Source: Mobula hypostoma (taxonomy: Eukaryota). From it: DNA of 64,000 bases. Shown here piece by piece: positions 39,762 through 51,543 of the stretch (positions are counted from its first letter, which is position 1; the number at the start of each line of letters is the position of its first letter). The notes beneath the pieces are model-generated. The model was not told the DNA's origin and made no database searches. It saw only the letters and a program-made list of their open reading frames with translations. The stretch spans positions 79,362,001 through 79,426,000 of the forward strand of contig NC_086097.1 in assembly GCF_963921235.1 (NCBI RefSeq), in the 5' to 3' direction. Made by a program: the position numbers and the translations under genes.

Positions 39762-40519
39762 AGTTGTGAGGGGAGAGGGATCCTCGCAACCTTCCCACCA
39801 TTTCCTCTCACTGAGGAGATCATACATAACAGGGTGGAAACTAATGAATTAAGTTATACCACATAGAAATGTGTGTCGCAGGAAATCCATCCTCCTTATC
39901 TTATCTTATCTTAATTATTCCATGCATTTGTACTATGTGCTTGAGGTTTAAAATGTACTGTCAGTCTTTAGCACAATATCAAGTAATGAGAACATTTGTT
40001 TCAGCAAGTAATTTTTAGTATCAGTTTATTTCCAATGCTAAAAGTCAGAATCTGAATGTTCCTAAAAGCTGTTAGATTCAGCAATATAGTAACAAAATGT
40101 AATCTCCACTGACAAAATCACATCAGCTAGAAAACTAATATTTTAATTATAAAATAGACCAGTTAGATAAATGCAACATGATTTTATTTTCAGCAGTCAC
40201 AATTCACTCTTAAAATTCTATGCTCTGGTTTGTGTAACACAATTAGTTTACTTCACTCTATTCTGAATTGAAATGCAAAAAAAATTACTCAAGTCTTTAT
40301 TTTAAGCTAAAGACAAACAATTTGCTTGTGCAACATACTGGAATAGAACGTACTAGTATCACAGAATTTGGATTTCTATGTAAATTTGCCGAACCTATTA
40401 TTTTAGAAAACCTGATTTTTTGGTTTTATTAACTGAGGACAAATTCACAATTTAAAATGTTCCTGGTAAAAGGCCACTGGTTTCTCCATAATCTTGATCT
40501 CCACCTGCAATATGTTCAT

Positions 40520-41420
40520 GGAAACACAGAAACAGAAAAAGTAGGGTCAGGGGTAGACCATAGATGAGTACCCTGTTTTTGCTTTCACTCCATTTCATTT
40601 GATCCCTTTAACAATACGAAATATATGCACCTATTTAAAAAATAAGTTTAACGAGTTGATCTCCACTGCCTTCTTTCAGAGAGAATTCCAGGGCATACCA
40701 TCTGATTTCTTCTGACCCTGGTTTTAACTACGTTACCCAAAGCTGTCAGGCTGTGAACTCTGGATCTGGATTCTCTCACCATTGGGAACATTCCACTTCT
40801 ATCTCCTCTTACCATTTTAAAGGTTTCCTTTCTCATTTTGCTCTGCTCTAGTTAATACAGGCCTACTTGACCCAATCTCTCTTCGTACATCACTACTGCT
40901 ATCCCTGGAATCAGTCCAACAATATTTGTTGTGTCCATCCATGGCAAGAACTCCCTTCCTCAGAAGAGGACTCTACAACTGCACGCATAACTCCAGTTAG
41001 GGTTCCACCAAGTCCCCCTTCAGCTTGAACTTGCTTGCTCCTGTATTGAAATCAAGACCAATGTTTTCCTAATGCTTGCTGCATCTCAATAGTTGCTTTC
41101 AGTGACTGATGTACAAGGACACATGGGTTGTATTGTAGTTCCCCTTTTCCTAACCTACCGGTATCCAGATTATAACCTGCTTTTCTGATTTTGGAACAAA
41201 ATAGATCACCCCATATTTATTCACATTATATTGCACCTGTCAAGCATTTAGCCATTTACCTAACTTGTCCAAATTACATTAGAGCTTCCTCAAAGCTCAC
41301 ATTCCCCTTGGCTTTGTGTTGTCTTAAATTTAGAAATGTTACTTATAATCCCTTCAACCAAATTACTAATAATATATTGTGAATAGCTGGGCCTCAAGCA
41401 CCAATCCCTGTGAAACCCCA
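40520..41420 (-). mobile_element. Old CR1 LINE 3' fragment
   Basis: Minus-strand ETFKMVRGDRSGMFPMVRESRSRVHSL; caactgcacgcataactccag corresponds to LELCVQL/LEYCVQF; gcaccaatccctg corresponds to the QGSVL region. Confidence 0.7.
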
Positions 41421-42743
41421 TTAATAATTGCCTGACACCTGTTTATTGCTATTTATCAACCTGGCCTGTAAATACCTCATCATCCTTTCAGTGTTGCTGA
41501 GCCGAGATTTTGGAACTTCCTACCTCACAGTATTGTGGAAACACCTTCTCCGGAAGAATTGCTGTACTTCAAGTGAGCGGCTTGGCTCCACTTTCTTAAG
41601 GATAATAAGGGATGATTATTTAATGCTGATGTAGCCTACATTGCCCACATTCCATGCAATAATAATAAAAATATGCTCCAACATAACTAATCCAAAAGCT
41701 CCTTTCAACATTCCTTTTGATACTCTCATCATCAATGACGTCAGTTTACCCACAATGTTTTGAAATCATGACACAAGACATTTCTCTAATTCATCCTTTC
41801 ATACCCATGAAGCTCCCAATCATCTGCCGTGTTCCCTCCAGTCAACAATTTAAAAAATTTAAAATTCCACCTTGCTGACAGGAAATCCTCTGATTACTTT
41901 GCTGAGTTTTTATGATGATAACAAATGCTGACAGACCATCTCTAAATTATGAACAATGGTCCATGGTCCTGTTGTCTGGTAAGATCACAAACAGTCATAC
42001 AGCCATAGAATCTGGAACTAATCACATTCAGCTGGAGGAACTCAGCAGATCGAGTAGCATCTGTGGAATGAAAGGAATTAAGGATGCAAGGTTTCAACCC
42101 AACTAGTTTACAATTCCTGTCCTCCCACCAATACTGCTTGAAGCACTGTGTTTCTCCAGTAGATTATTTGTGCTTACTGCAATCGTTTGTCTCACCAAAA
42201 ACCTAGCTCAGAAAGAATGATGAATAATCAGCATCACATGACTTACACTTTGGTCTTGAGCTCAGAAACTGACAATGCCGATATTTGAAGAGTTAGCATG
42301 GGATAGATCCTACTTGTAATGAGATAGAGGACACATGTGGCTTGTAACCTGGGCAGGTAGAAAACAAGTGCTTGATTCCTTTGGGGCAAGGTTACATAAT
42401 ACTGCTACTGAGGACTCAAATAAAGACGGCATGCTACAAAAGGCAGCATGCACAATTCATTGCTTGGTTAGACTGCAGGTCTTTTAGAATGCCTGCTTGA
42501 AATGATGTGCTTGAAGCTGTGAGTGTGAACGAAGTCACCGGAGAAACACTGAATCTGGTGGATATAGAAGTCTTCATTCAGCACAAAAAGCAGGCATCAT
42601 ACTCGAGACACTCTTGGAAGAAGAGACCTCCTGACCCAATATTATATCACATTTTATATATTAAAGAACAAAGGTAATAACAGAACAATTTTTGTAGTCA
42701 CAATATATTCAGAGTGCTTCCTTTAAGTTTCAAATACCTAGCT

Positions 42744-45497
42744 CAGGGGTGTCAAACTACCGGCCCGTGAAGGGGTCCAATCCAGCCTGCGCGCGGGATG
42801 ATTTTGGGGGAAAAAAGTATACTTACGACCATTTATTATGTATCTGAACGGCAGCCGCGCTCTCTCCCACCGCTGTCTGGGCCGCCTGCTGTGTCGGCAG
42901 CCTGTTGTGTGTACTTAGAAAACAATAGGCGGCAGTTAACCACCCGCTGTGCATAAGCACCTACCACCCCGCACTGAAGACCACTAGGGCCCCACTTACG
43001 CCGTCAGACACAGTATAAACACACGGAGTACTCAGGTCAGTAACACCTGTAGCAAGGCTGAGACTGTTTGCTGCTGTGGTTCAAAATGCTTTCCGAGAAA
43101 AGAAAAGTTGACATCGAAAGTCGGATATTCAACGATAATTGGAAAGATTGTTTTTTCTTCTGTGAGGTCAACGGCAAACCTGTGTGTCTGATATGCTCGC
43201 AACAAGTGGCTGTGGCAAAAGAGTACAATATCAAACGACAATATGAGACGCCACACGGAGAAAAATATGTCAAGTACGCAGGACGACTCAGAACGCAAAG
43301 GGTAAACAAGCTTGAAGCAGCTCTGAAAAAACAGCAATCAGTGTTCACCAAAAGTCGAGAGACTCATGATGGAGCTGTCAAGGCCAGCTATATCATTGCC
43401 AACAAAACAGCTGCTGCGTCGAAGCCATACTCAGAGGGGGAATTCATCAAAGCATGCATGCTGACGGCGGCTGAGCTGGTGTGCCCTGAGAAGAAACAGG
43501 CTTTTGGTAATATCAGCTTGTCAAGAAATACTGTGGCAGAGAGAATCGGGGACCTTGCAGGAGATTTGAACAGCCAACTAAAAGACAAAGTGAAGTCATT
43601 TATTGCCTTCTCTATTGCAATTGATGAGCACCCACGTGACTGATGTAGCTCAATTGGGAATATTTATTCGTGGTGTTGATGCATCTTTGACCGTCACCAA
43701 GGAGATTGTGGAGATGGTGCCCATGACAAACACCACAATGGCGAAGGATGATTTCTGCAGCCTCGTCGAGGCCTTGGACAGACTGGGGGATGACTAGAGT
43801 CACGCTGTCAGCGTGGCAACAGATGGCGCACCGTCCATGGTCGGGGAAAAGGCAGGTGTTGTTGTGAAACTCAGAGAGAAAATTCAGACAGAGACTCCAG
43901 AGCAGGAATTCTGGAATTTTCATTGTATTATACACCAAGAGGTGTTATGTAGCAGGAGCCTGAAAATGGACAATGTCATGGATGTAGTAATCAAAACGGT
44001 TAATTTTATTAGAGCCAAGGGACTCAACCATCGGCAATTTGACACTCTTTTGTCCGAAAGTAATATTGGACACGGCCTACCCTACCACACTGAAGTCCAT
44101 TGGTTGAGCAGAGGGGTTGTGCTCAAGCGTTTTTTTCAATTACATGCGGAAATTGGACTATTCATGAACGAGAAAGGGAAGCCAGCGACAGAGTTGGATG
44201 ACCCAGACTGGCTTCCTGATCTTGCATTTTTGATGGATATAACAGAGCACTTAAATGTGCTTAATATTAACATGCAAGGCCGCAACAAACTTGTTACGGA
44301 ATACTACGACAGCATTCGTGCCTTTCAAATTAAATTAGGCCCGTGGGAGATGCAACTATTCCTGAACAACCCAGCTGATTTCCCCTCTTTGCAGTCTGTG
44401 CGTGTCGCTCATGGGAATAATGACAACATGGACAGATACAAGGACAAAATATCATGGCAGAAAAGTGAGTTTCAGAATTGTTTCCAAGCCTTCACTCAGC
44501 TCGAGAAGGAATTCTCACTATTTTGCTCGCCATTTGCCGTCAACGCAGCATCAGATGTGCTGGAGGAACTCCAGATGGAACTAATTGAAATTCAGTGTAA
44601 CTCGGCTTTGAAATATAAATTTGAGACTGTGGGTCTGGACTCATTCTATCAATACCTGGGACTGATGTACCCCAAGATGACAGACTTTGCCTCAAAGATC
44701 CTTTGCATGTTTGGGACAACATATCTCTGTGAGCAGGTGTTCTCCATAATGAACATTAACAAATCCAAACTGCACTCACAGCTGACACACAGACACCTAA
44801 ATGATATTATGAAAATCACAACTGCCCAGAAACTGGTCCCTGATGTTGACAGGCTAGTTAAAGCCTAGAGATGTCAGGAGTCTGGAAGCAGCAAGTGAAA
44901 AATGAGTGACACTGTTCGATGCACTGTGACATGTAAGCAAAATGCATTATGAAATATTGAGTGTCATAATATTGGGATTCATTTATTTTCTGACTATTCC
45001 ATTATTGTAAATGTGATCACTTCAATAAAAATTAGAGGCTAACTGTGTTCATTGTCTGAGTTTGATTGCTGGAAGCAGGCTAATAAAAATTAGGTGCAGT
45101 TGTGTAGCCTACATTTACAATTTGTTTTGTTAGGTCTACATTTGTGTCTGCTAATGTTTGATTTCAAATGGTTTATTACTGGAAAGGGTATGGCTCCCAA
45201 AACAATCTTAGCCAAAATAACATCATTTTTTCTCTCTCTCATCACAACTTTCTTGTAGCCTACGACTATAAGTTAATACCAATCATAAAAGTAATGCTTG
45301 CTAGGCAATCTTCTTCATAAGAAACAAAATTTGTAAAGTGAAACACTTTGTAGTTATAGCAGAGACTGAGACACATGAGAGCAGGTCGAAAAAACGAAGG
45401 CAACGAAAGCTGTGAGAGCGTGCACAACTGATCCGGCCCGCATGAAATCGCATTTTGCCCAATCCGGCCTGTGCCCTAAAATGAGTTTGACACCCCG
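42744..45497 (+). mobile_element. hAT (Buster/Charlie group, SPIN/OC1-like) DNA transposon, full length
   Basis: TIRs caggggtgtcaaact / agtttgacaccccg and imperfect 8-bp TSD acctagct/gcctagat with a CTAG core. The empty site atctagat is visible in the other LTR at ~51375. Confidence 0.93.
43086..44898 (+). pseudogene. hAT transposase (GTF2IRD2/SPIN-like) with three visible lesions
   Basis: BED-like PVCLIC...NIKRQYETPH, SIAIDE, TDGAPSM, HCIIHQE, HWLSRG, FGTTYLCEQVFS. Frameshift at ~43630 and in-frame TAG at 43795 and 44866. Confidence 0.92.
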
Positions 45498-45729
45498 GCC
45501 TAGATTTTAGCACTAACACACTCAAAATGAGTGTTAATCACCTCTGTCTCTGCAGCTGCATTCATGCATTTGCAGACATCTCAGGTGAATGGATGTTTCC
45601 TGATTTACAATCAACCTCACTCTGCAGCTCCAGGAAGACCATTGTTCTCGGCTGCATTTTAAACTCAATCTACAGTCCACCTTCAGGTGTGAAGACTGGT
45701 TGCTGTTGAAATTAATATTTGTTATATAC

Positions 45730-47121
45730 CAGGGGTCCCCAACCATTTTTGCACTGCGGACTGGTTTAAAACTGACAATATTCTTGCGGATCGGCTGACC
45801 GGGGTGGGTGGGGGGGGTGTTCAAGTAGGGTTAAACTTACCTCAACATGTCTTTTACAGTTAGGGTTGCCAACTTTCTCACTCCCAAATAAGGGACAAAA
45901 GTAGCAGTCAAATATGGGACACTTGTGTTTACCCCGAGTAAGACTACCACGACCACGAAGCCTTGCATGGGACTTGTGTGCGTATGTGTGACGTGCGCAT
46001 ATGTGCGTACATGCCAATTTTTTTCCCCCACAAATCGGTTTTGGCTTAATCTTCCTGACTACACTGGACATACATTATTTCTACTTTATATAGGCTGTGT
46101 ATTTATCATATCATTCCTGCTTTTACTGTATGTTAGAGTTATTTTAAGTTTTATGTGTTATTTGGTATGATTTGGTAGGTTATTTTTTGGGTCTGGGAAC
46201 GCTGAAAAATTTTTCCCATATAAATTAATGGTAATTGCTTCTTCGCTTTACGCCATTTCGGCACGAAAGGTTTCATAGGAACGCTGTACCTTAGCGGGGG
46301 AAATATGGGACAAGGGCAGTCCCGTATGGGACAAACCAATTTAGATTAGATTAGATTATGATTGTCATTTAGTAATGCATGCATTAAGAAATGATACAAT
46401 GTTCCTCCAATATGATACCACAGAAACACAAGACAAACCAAGACTATAAAAACTGACAAAAACCACATAATTATAACATATAGTTACAACAGTGTAAAGC
46501 AAAACTGTAATTTGATAAAGAACAGACTATGGGCACGGTAAAAAAAAGTCTCAAAGTCTCTCGAAAGTCCCATCAACTCACAGAGACGGTAGAAGGAAGA
46601 AAACTCTCCCTGCCATTAACCTCCAGCGCCACAAACTTGCCGATGCAGCACCCCGGAAGCACCCAACTACAGCCGACTCTTGAGTCCGTCCGAAAACTTC
46701 GAGCCTCCGACCAGCCCTCCGACACTGAGCACCGAGCACCATCTCTGCCGAGTGCTTCGACCCTGACCCTGGCAACAGACAACAGGAAAAGCCAACAATT
46801 TGGGGCCTTCCCCTCCGGAGATTCTCGATCGCACAGTAGTAGCAGCAGCGAAGCAGGCATTTCAGAAGTTTCTCCAGATGTTCCTCCGTGCTTCTCACGT
46901 CTGTCTCCATCAAATCAGGATTGTGCATGGTCCCTATTTAACAAATGAGATATCATTTGGGAGCGGTCGCGCGCGCTGCGTCGCACTGCCATCTTCTCCA
47001 CAATATTTTAGTTCAAGTTCAACAGTGCGTGACAGGGAATGAGGAAAGGTGCAGCTGACTCATATCGTTTCCTCGCGGCCTGGTAGCACATTCTTTGCAG
47101 CCCGGTGGTTGGGGACCACTG
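45730..47121. mobile_element. Non-autonomous Charlie-type hAT element with perfect 8-bp TSD; contains a later insert with a (ttaga)n tail (~46340-47000)
   Basis: TIRs caggggtccccaacc / ggttggggaccactg. TSD ttatatac at 45722-45729 and 47122-47129. Ends are shared with 61671-62931. Confidence 0.92.
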
Positions 47122-47154
47122 TTATATACCACAGCTCCAGAATATACCCTAACA

Positions 47155-47166
47155 GTCCCTCCTCTT
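47155..47166 (-). promoter_or_regulatory. ERV polypurine tract
   Basis: Minus-strand aagaggagggac immediately precedes the TG of the 3' LTR. Confidence 0.85.
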
Positions 47167-48109
47167 GGCTCTTCTGGACAAAAAGAAATTGCTCCAGGAA
47201 AGTTCAAACCTTATGGAGGGTCTACTAGGGCAGCAAAAATGCCCCCTTCAGTCCTCCTTTCCCAAATACTCCCCCTATCCTATCCCTATGTTCATCTACA
47301 TCTACACAATCACCCCAAAGGCTACCAGATTGTTCCAGAAGTTTGACCAACCATCTTTAAAGTGCAGCATTGTCATTTGTATGCCTGTTGCTCCCTTCCC
47401 TGCTGGCTGATTGTGATCTAACCACATTCTTTATCTTTGCCCCTCACCCTCCGATAGCTAAAACTCAGCAGTGGCTGAGTCAGGGACACCAGCAAGGTAA
47501 ATGTATCAGACTCACAGGCAACACCTCACACTCCATGCCGTGATAGGAGAGTGTTGGAATCCTGACGACTGGTTTCTGAGACCCTCTCATCGTCGTACAG
47601 GAGGGGTTGCAGTGGTCTCTATTTGGATGACTGCAAGGACCTCACCTGGTGGCGCCTGCTTCCAGAGTATCCATTCGATCACTGGCTCATTTGTACTCAC
47701 TCCTCATTCAGGCTGGGGTGACTGCTTTCAGACTCTCTGTGCAATTTCTTCTCCTTCATGCCATCAAAGTTGTCGCACCTGATGTCTCTGCTGTAACTCG
47801 AATCTTTCCCCATCTACTTTCCCACAATATTTTTTTCTATTTTACGCTGCACAACTAATCCTCCGCCTTCAGCATCCAGGCTTCATTCCAGAGTACAGTT
47901 ACCGTTCTACTTTCCCGTGCTGCTCACGGTTTGATGTCACGCACTCTCGGTGTCCTCTGCCTTCGCGTTTGCTGTGGGTCGGCTTCCACCAGCTGTGGTC
48001 AGGTCTGATGCAGTCGGCCGGTGTTCATCACTTGGGTTCTCTGCAGTGACACTGTTACTGGGTACATTTGATCTCTTGCTTTGTCTGTGAGGGCGACACG
48101 AAGGTGGAT

Positions 48110-48285
48110 CATACGGTTTAACCTGAGTCCAGTGTTCCCACCGGCTGCCTCGCTGGGACTGTGCGCCAACAGAGGCGTCATTCATACAGAGTACCAACTG
48201 TGGTTTTATCCACCTGGGAGTGAAACCTGAAACTCGTCTTTTCAGCCGGCTCCCTTACCATGACTTAGTCACCTGGCTGTGGGAG
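48110..48285 (-). pseudogene. pol: ERV integrase C-terminal (GPY/F-like) domain remnant
   Basis: Translates with a stop and a frameshift as QPGD*VMVRE...FTPRWIKPQLVL...SV......RWEHWTQVK, fitting PGD.V...PRW.GP..V...W.H...VK. Confidence 0.7.
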
Positions 48286-48363
48286 GACTATCCTCTCTTC
48301 CTCTGGCTTTCCCTGATCTGCAATATGTCCGTGCTGCTTTGCTCAATCCCTCGATGTGTTACC

Positions 48364-48610
48364 CTAGTCCCAGCGGTCCTTCACATCTGCATGTAATCTT
48401 GCTAAATTGGCAGCTGTAGTTTCTTCCTGTATATTTGTAATTTCTGTTGCTTCTTGTTCTTCCGCTGCCCTTCTCGCACTGATGTCTGCCCACTCGTTCC
48501 CTTTCTGCTCCTTACTGTCCCCTTTCTGGTGAGCCTTTATTTTAATCACCTCTGCCTCCTCAGGGAACTGTAATACTTCTAACAGCTCCTGACTGTGCTT
48601 GGTCCCTACC
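48364..48610 (-). pseudogene. pol: ERV RNase H C-terminal half
   Basis: ELLEVLQFPEEAEVIKIKAHQKGDSKEQKGNEWADISARRAA matches the retroviral RNase H KAH...GN..AD..A motif. Confidence 0.9.
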
Positions 48611-48779
48611 CTTGGAACCTCCTTCCCTCCTCCCATGATTCCCACGCATTGACCTGTCTCACCTCCTTGCTAGGGGCTGCTGTCTCTCTGTGGGCCACAT
48701 TAGCCACTTTGCAGGTCACATGTTCACTGTCCCTGTCTTGTTCATGTTATTTCTGCTTTTCCTGAGTCTGTGACCGCAC

Positions 48780-49045
48780 CTGCCTTACTCAGTGTGTATA
48801 TCCCCAGGATAGTACCTTCATTGTTTGGGCACACCCAGAAATCTACAGGAAACTGCACTCCCTCAATCTCAAGTACCTGGGGCTGACTTTCTCCACCCTA
48901 TTGTTTCACTTCCTGCACTGGTAATGTAAATCACCTCTCCAGTCGTGGGCAACGGTCGATCCGTTATTGATACTGCCAACCCTGTGTCCACTAATGTTTC
49001 ACATTGCCGGTCCCTAATAAACCTCTTGTGTAGATCTGTGGACGA
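48780..49045 (-). pseudogene. pro: ERV aspartic protease remnant
   Basis: LVDTG at 48994-48980 and a downstream ILG at 48810-48802 after frameshifts. Confidence 0.8.
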
Positions 49046-49148
49046 CCATCACTGGCAATAGAGACTGCCATCAGCTGTTTGTCTGGCCTCACCAGCTCTA
49101 GAATCTGGTCAGCAGTCAAATCAGAAAGACAGGGTGCTGCTGAGGATT

Positions 49149-49405
49149 CTGGTGAACGCAGCAGGCCAGGCAGCATCTCTAGGAAGAGGTACAGTCGACG
49201 TTTCGGGCCAAGACCCTTCATCAGGACTAACTGAAAGAAGAGATAGTAACAGATTTGAAAGTGGGAGGGGGAGTGGGAGATCCGAAATGACAGGAGAAGA
49301 CAGGAGGGGGAGGGATGGAGCTAAGAGCTGGAAAGTTGATTGGCAAAAGGGATATGAGGCTGGAGAAAGGAGAGGATCATGGGACGGGAGGCCTAGCGAG
49401 AAAGA
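49149..49405 (-). mobile_element. Penelope-like pLTR fragment inserted at the gag/pro junction
   Basis: Same family as 54745-54865 and 60330-60530 (gatgctgcctggcctgctgcgttcaccag). Confidence 0.8.
49192..49229 (-). ncRNA. Minimal type I hammerhead ribozyme motif (Penelope pLTR)
   Basis: Minus strand tagtc-CTGATGA-a-gggt cttg gccc-GAAAC-GTC-gactg: stem I AGTC/GACT, stem II GGGT/GCCC, palindromic ACGT at helix III. Confidence 0.75.
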
Positions 49406-50560
49406 TATTCCCAAATCTAAAACTTTCTTGTGTACTTTGCTCAGGCCTTCCCTCAGCATTTTCAGGAAGACTGGGTTGTCCCTCCCTGGATTATCCAACC
49501 CTGAATACTCCTTATCATCATCATCATCAGGTGCCATGCCCAATTTGAGCTTTGACGGCCATGGCCCACACACTCCTGTTTCGGGTCAAGTGGATCAATT
49601 AACTGGTATTCATTTCCAGTTCTCTGGCTGCTGTCTCCATCATCATTTGTCTTTGTCTTCCTCTTGCTTTCTTCCCTTCAATCTTTCCCATAATTACTGT
49701 GCATTCTAACTCCTCTTTCCTAATCACATGTCCAATGAAGTTATGTTGCCTTTTCATGATCTCATACATTATTTCTCTTTTTGTCTTTGCTCTGTTCATG
49801 ACATCCTCGTTAGATATTCGTTTCGTCCATGATATTCTTTGCATCCTCCTCAAAAACCACATCTCTGCTGTTTCAATTCATTTCCTCATGTCACTAGATA
49901 TCGTCCAACATTCTGAGCCATATGACATAACTGGATAAATGTAACATTTCAGTACTCTGAGGCGGGTTGTCATGCCTAGTTTAGTATTGGTCAGTATACT
50001 CTTCATTCTTGTAAAGGTGTCTTTTGCCATTCATATTCTTCTTTTAATGTCCAAGTCGCACCTGCCATCTGACATCACCCAGCTTCCTAAGTAGCAAAAG
50101 TTCTGTACTTGTTTTATGTCTTCCCCGTTTATTCTCAGCCTGCAGATAGGATTCTCCTTCCTATCTTATACTCCTTATATGCTCGATATTTACGTTCTGC
50201 ATATTCTAAGGCTGTCTCATCAGCTCTCTGAACCACTGACATTATCGTTCCGCAGTTAATCTCACCACCCCACAGTTGCTGCCTCACTTCCCCTTTAAAG
50301 GAATGATATACCTCTTCAATGCTGGTACTCCTTGTAGTGGCAATGTCCCATCCTGCACTCCCTGGGCCATACCGTCCCACGTATTCCTCGGGCAGTTCAC
50401 TTTTACCAACATGTATATATTTGGGATGGATCTGATGAACTACAATCATTTCCTCAAGATTGCGCCATGTGACTTTAAGTGAGGGCAGCTCTGACAAAAT
50501 ACTCTGTTTTTCCCAAGGGTTGAAGGGCTTATGGATGGTCATAATCAAGGTCAAGGGCTG
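49406..50560 (-). pseudogene. gag: ERV gag capsid region, split by an RTE insertion
   Basis: KPFNPWEKQSILSELP and an MHR-like VVQRADETALEYAERKYRAYKEY|SGLDNP..FLKMLREGL that reads through once the RTE and one TSD copy are removed. Confidence 0.85.
49516..50167 (-). mobile_element. RTE-clade LINE 3' end with (GAT)n tail and 11-bp TSD
   Basis: MWFLRRMQRISWT...GHVIR...GKIEGKKARGRQR. TSD atactccttat at 49505-49515 and 50168-50178. Confidence 0.93.
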
Positions 50561-51132
50561 GCTTGGGTTGTCAGGGTTCTTGACTTGATGTTGCTAGACC
50601 TCAATAGGTGCCATCCTGATGGATATATCTGGGTATAACTTCTCCCTCATATATCTCCTCACTAATTCCCAAACTACATGAAATATAAATGATGAATAAA
50701 AATTAAACTACAAACTTAACACCACAGAGTATGTACTCTGCAATCTGTCACTTATGTGCATATGAACTCATAATGCCTGTTGTATTCCTTTGTACTTAAA
50801 ACTGTACATTAGCATTACAGGCTTATTCTTAAAATACACAAACACATTCGCAAATGAGTTTGCTACTATAGTTTCCCCAAGTGAGTACACATGCACTCCA
50901 GTGACATCCTGAACAGTCAGTAACCACTCTTCGCAACTGGTGGACTGTCTAACCAAATAACACAAAAACATAAACGCACATCCATGCATGCACACCAGTC
51001 TACTTTTATATCTACCAGTTCAGCTCTCTGCCATGTTCATGATACTTTATGATCCACTGGTTACTGACCTGAATAGATTGACTGCTGAGTGTGACTGCTG
51101 AGATCGCTGGCCACACTATCATTCACAAAAAT

Positions 51133-51150
51133 ATCCCGGACAAGCCCCCA
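51133..51150 (-). promoter_or_regulatory. Primer-binding site for tRNA-Pro
   Basis: Minus strand TGGGGGCTTGTCCGGGAT, 17/18 identical to the canonical PBS-Pro TGGGGGCTCGTCCGGGAT, 5 nt after the LTR end. Confidence 0.95.
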
Positions 51151-51155
51151 AATAT

Positions 51156-51543
51156 TGTGACTATGAAAGAAGCCACCGAAGAGACACTGAAGCTGGTGGA
51201 TAGAGAAGGCTTTATTCAGCACAACAAGCAGGTATCAGACTCAAGACACCCTCGGAAGAAGAAGCCTCCTGACCCAATATTACATCACATTTTATATGTT
51301 AAATATACAAAGGTAATAACAGGACAACTTCTATAGTTACAATGCATTCAGAATGCTTCCTTTGAGTTTCAAACATCTAGATCTTCATGCAAACACACCC
51401 AAAATGAGTGTTAATCACCTGTCTCTGCAGCTATGTTCATGCATTTGCAGACACCTCAGGGAATGGGCATTTCCTGATTTGCAATCAACCCATGTATGCG
51501 TTTCTAGGAAGACCATTGTATGCAAGAAACCAGTAATCCTAAA
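51156..51543 (-). mobile_element. ERV 5' LTR (upper boundary approximate)
   Basis: Minus-strand TATA (atataaaa ~51297-51290), AATAAA (51216-51211) and terminal TCACA; homologous to the 3' LTR. Confidence 0.88.

Larger units (their letters stand above)
42518..47154 (-). mobile_element. ERV 3' LTR (~475 bp after removing two hAT insertions)
   Basis: On the minus strand it begins TGTTAGGG (47154) right after the PPT and ends TCACA (42518). 42518-42743 and 45506-45645 align to 51156-51520. Confidence 0.9.
42518..51543 (-). mobile_element. Endogenous retrovirus (class I, gamma/epsilon-like), internally deleted provirus
   Basis: Paired LTRs, tRNA-Pro PBS, PPT, and gag, protease, RNase H and integrase C-terminus remnants in the correct order on the minus strand. 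Confidence 0.92.

Noticed and set aside
43086..44898. Domesticated GTF2IRD2/EPM2AIP1/ZBED-type host gene
   Set aside because: It has a frameshift and two stops and is flanked by TIRs and a TSD, so it is a transposon copy.
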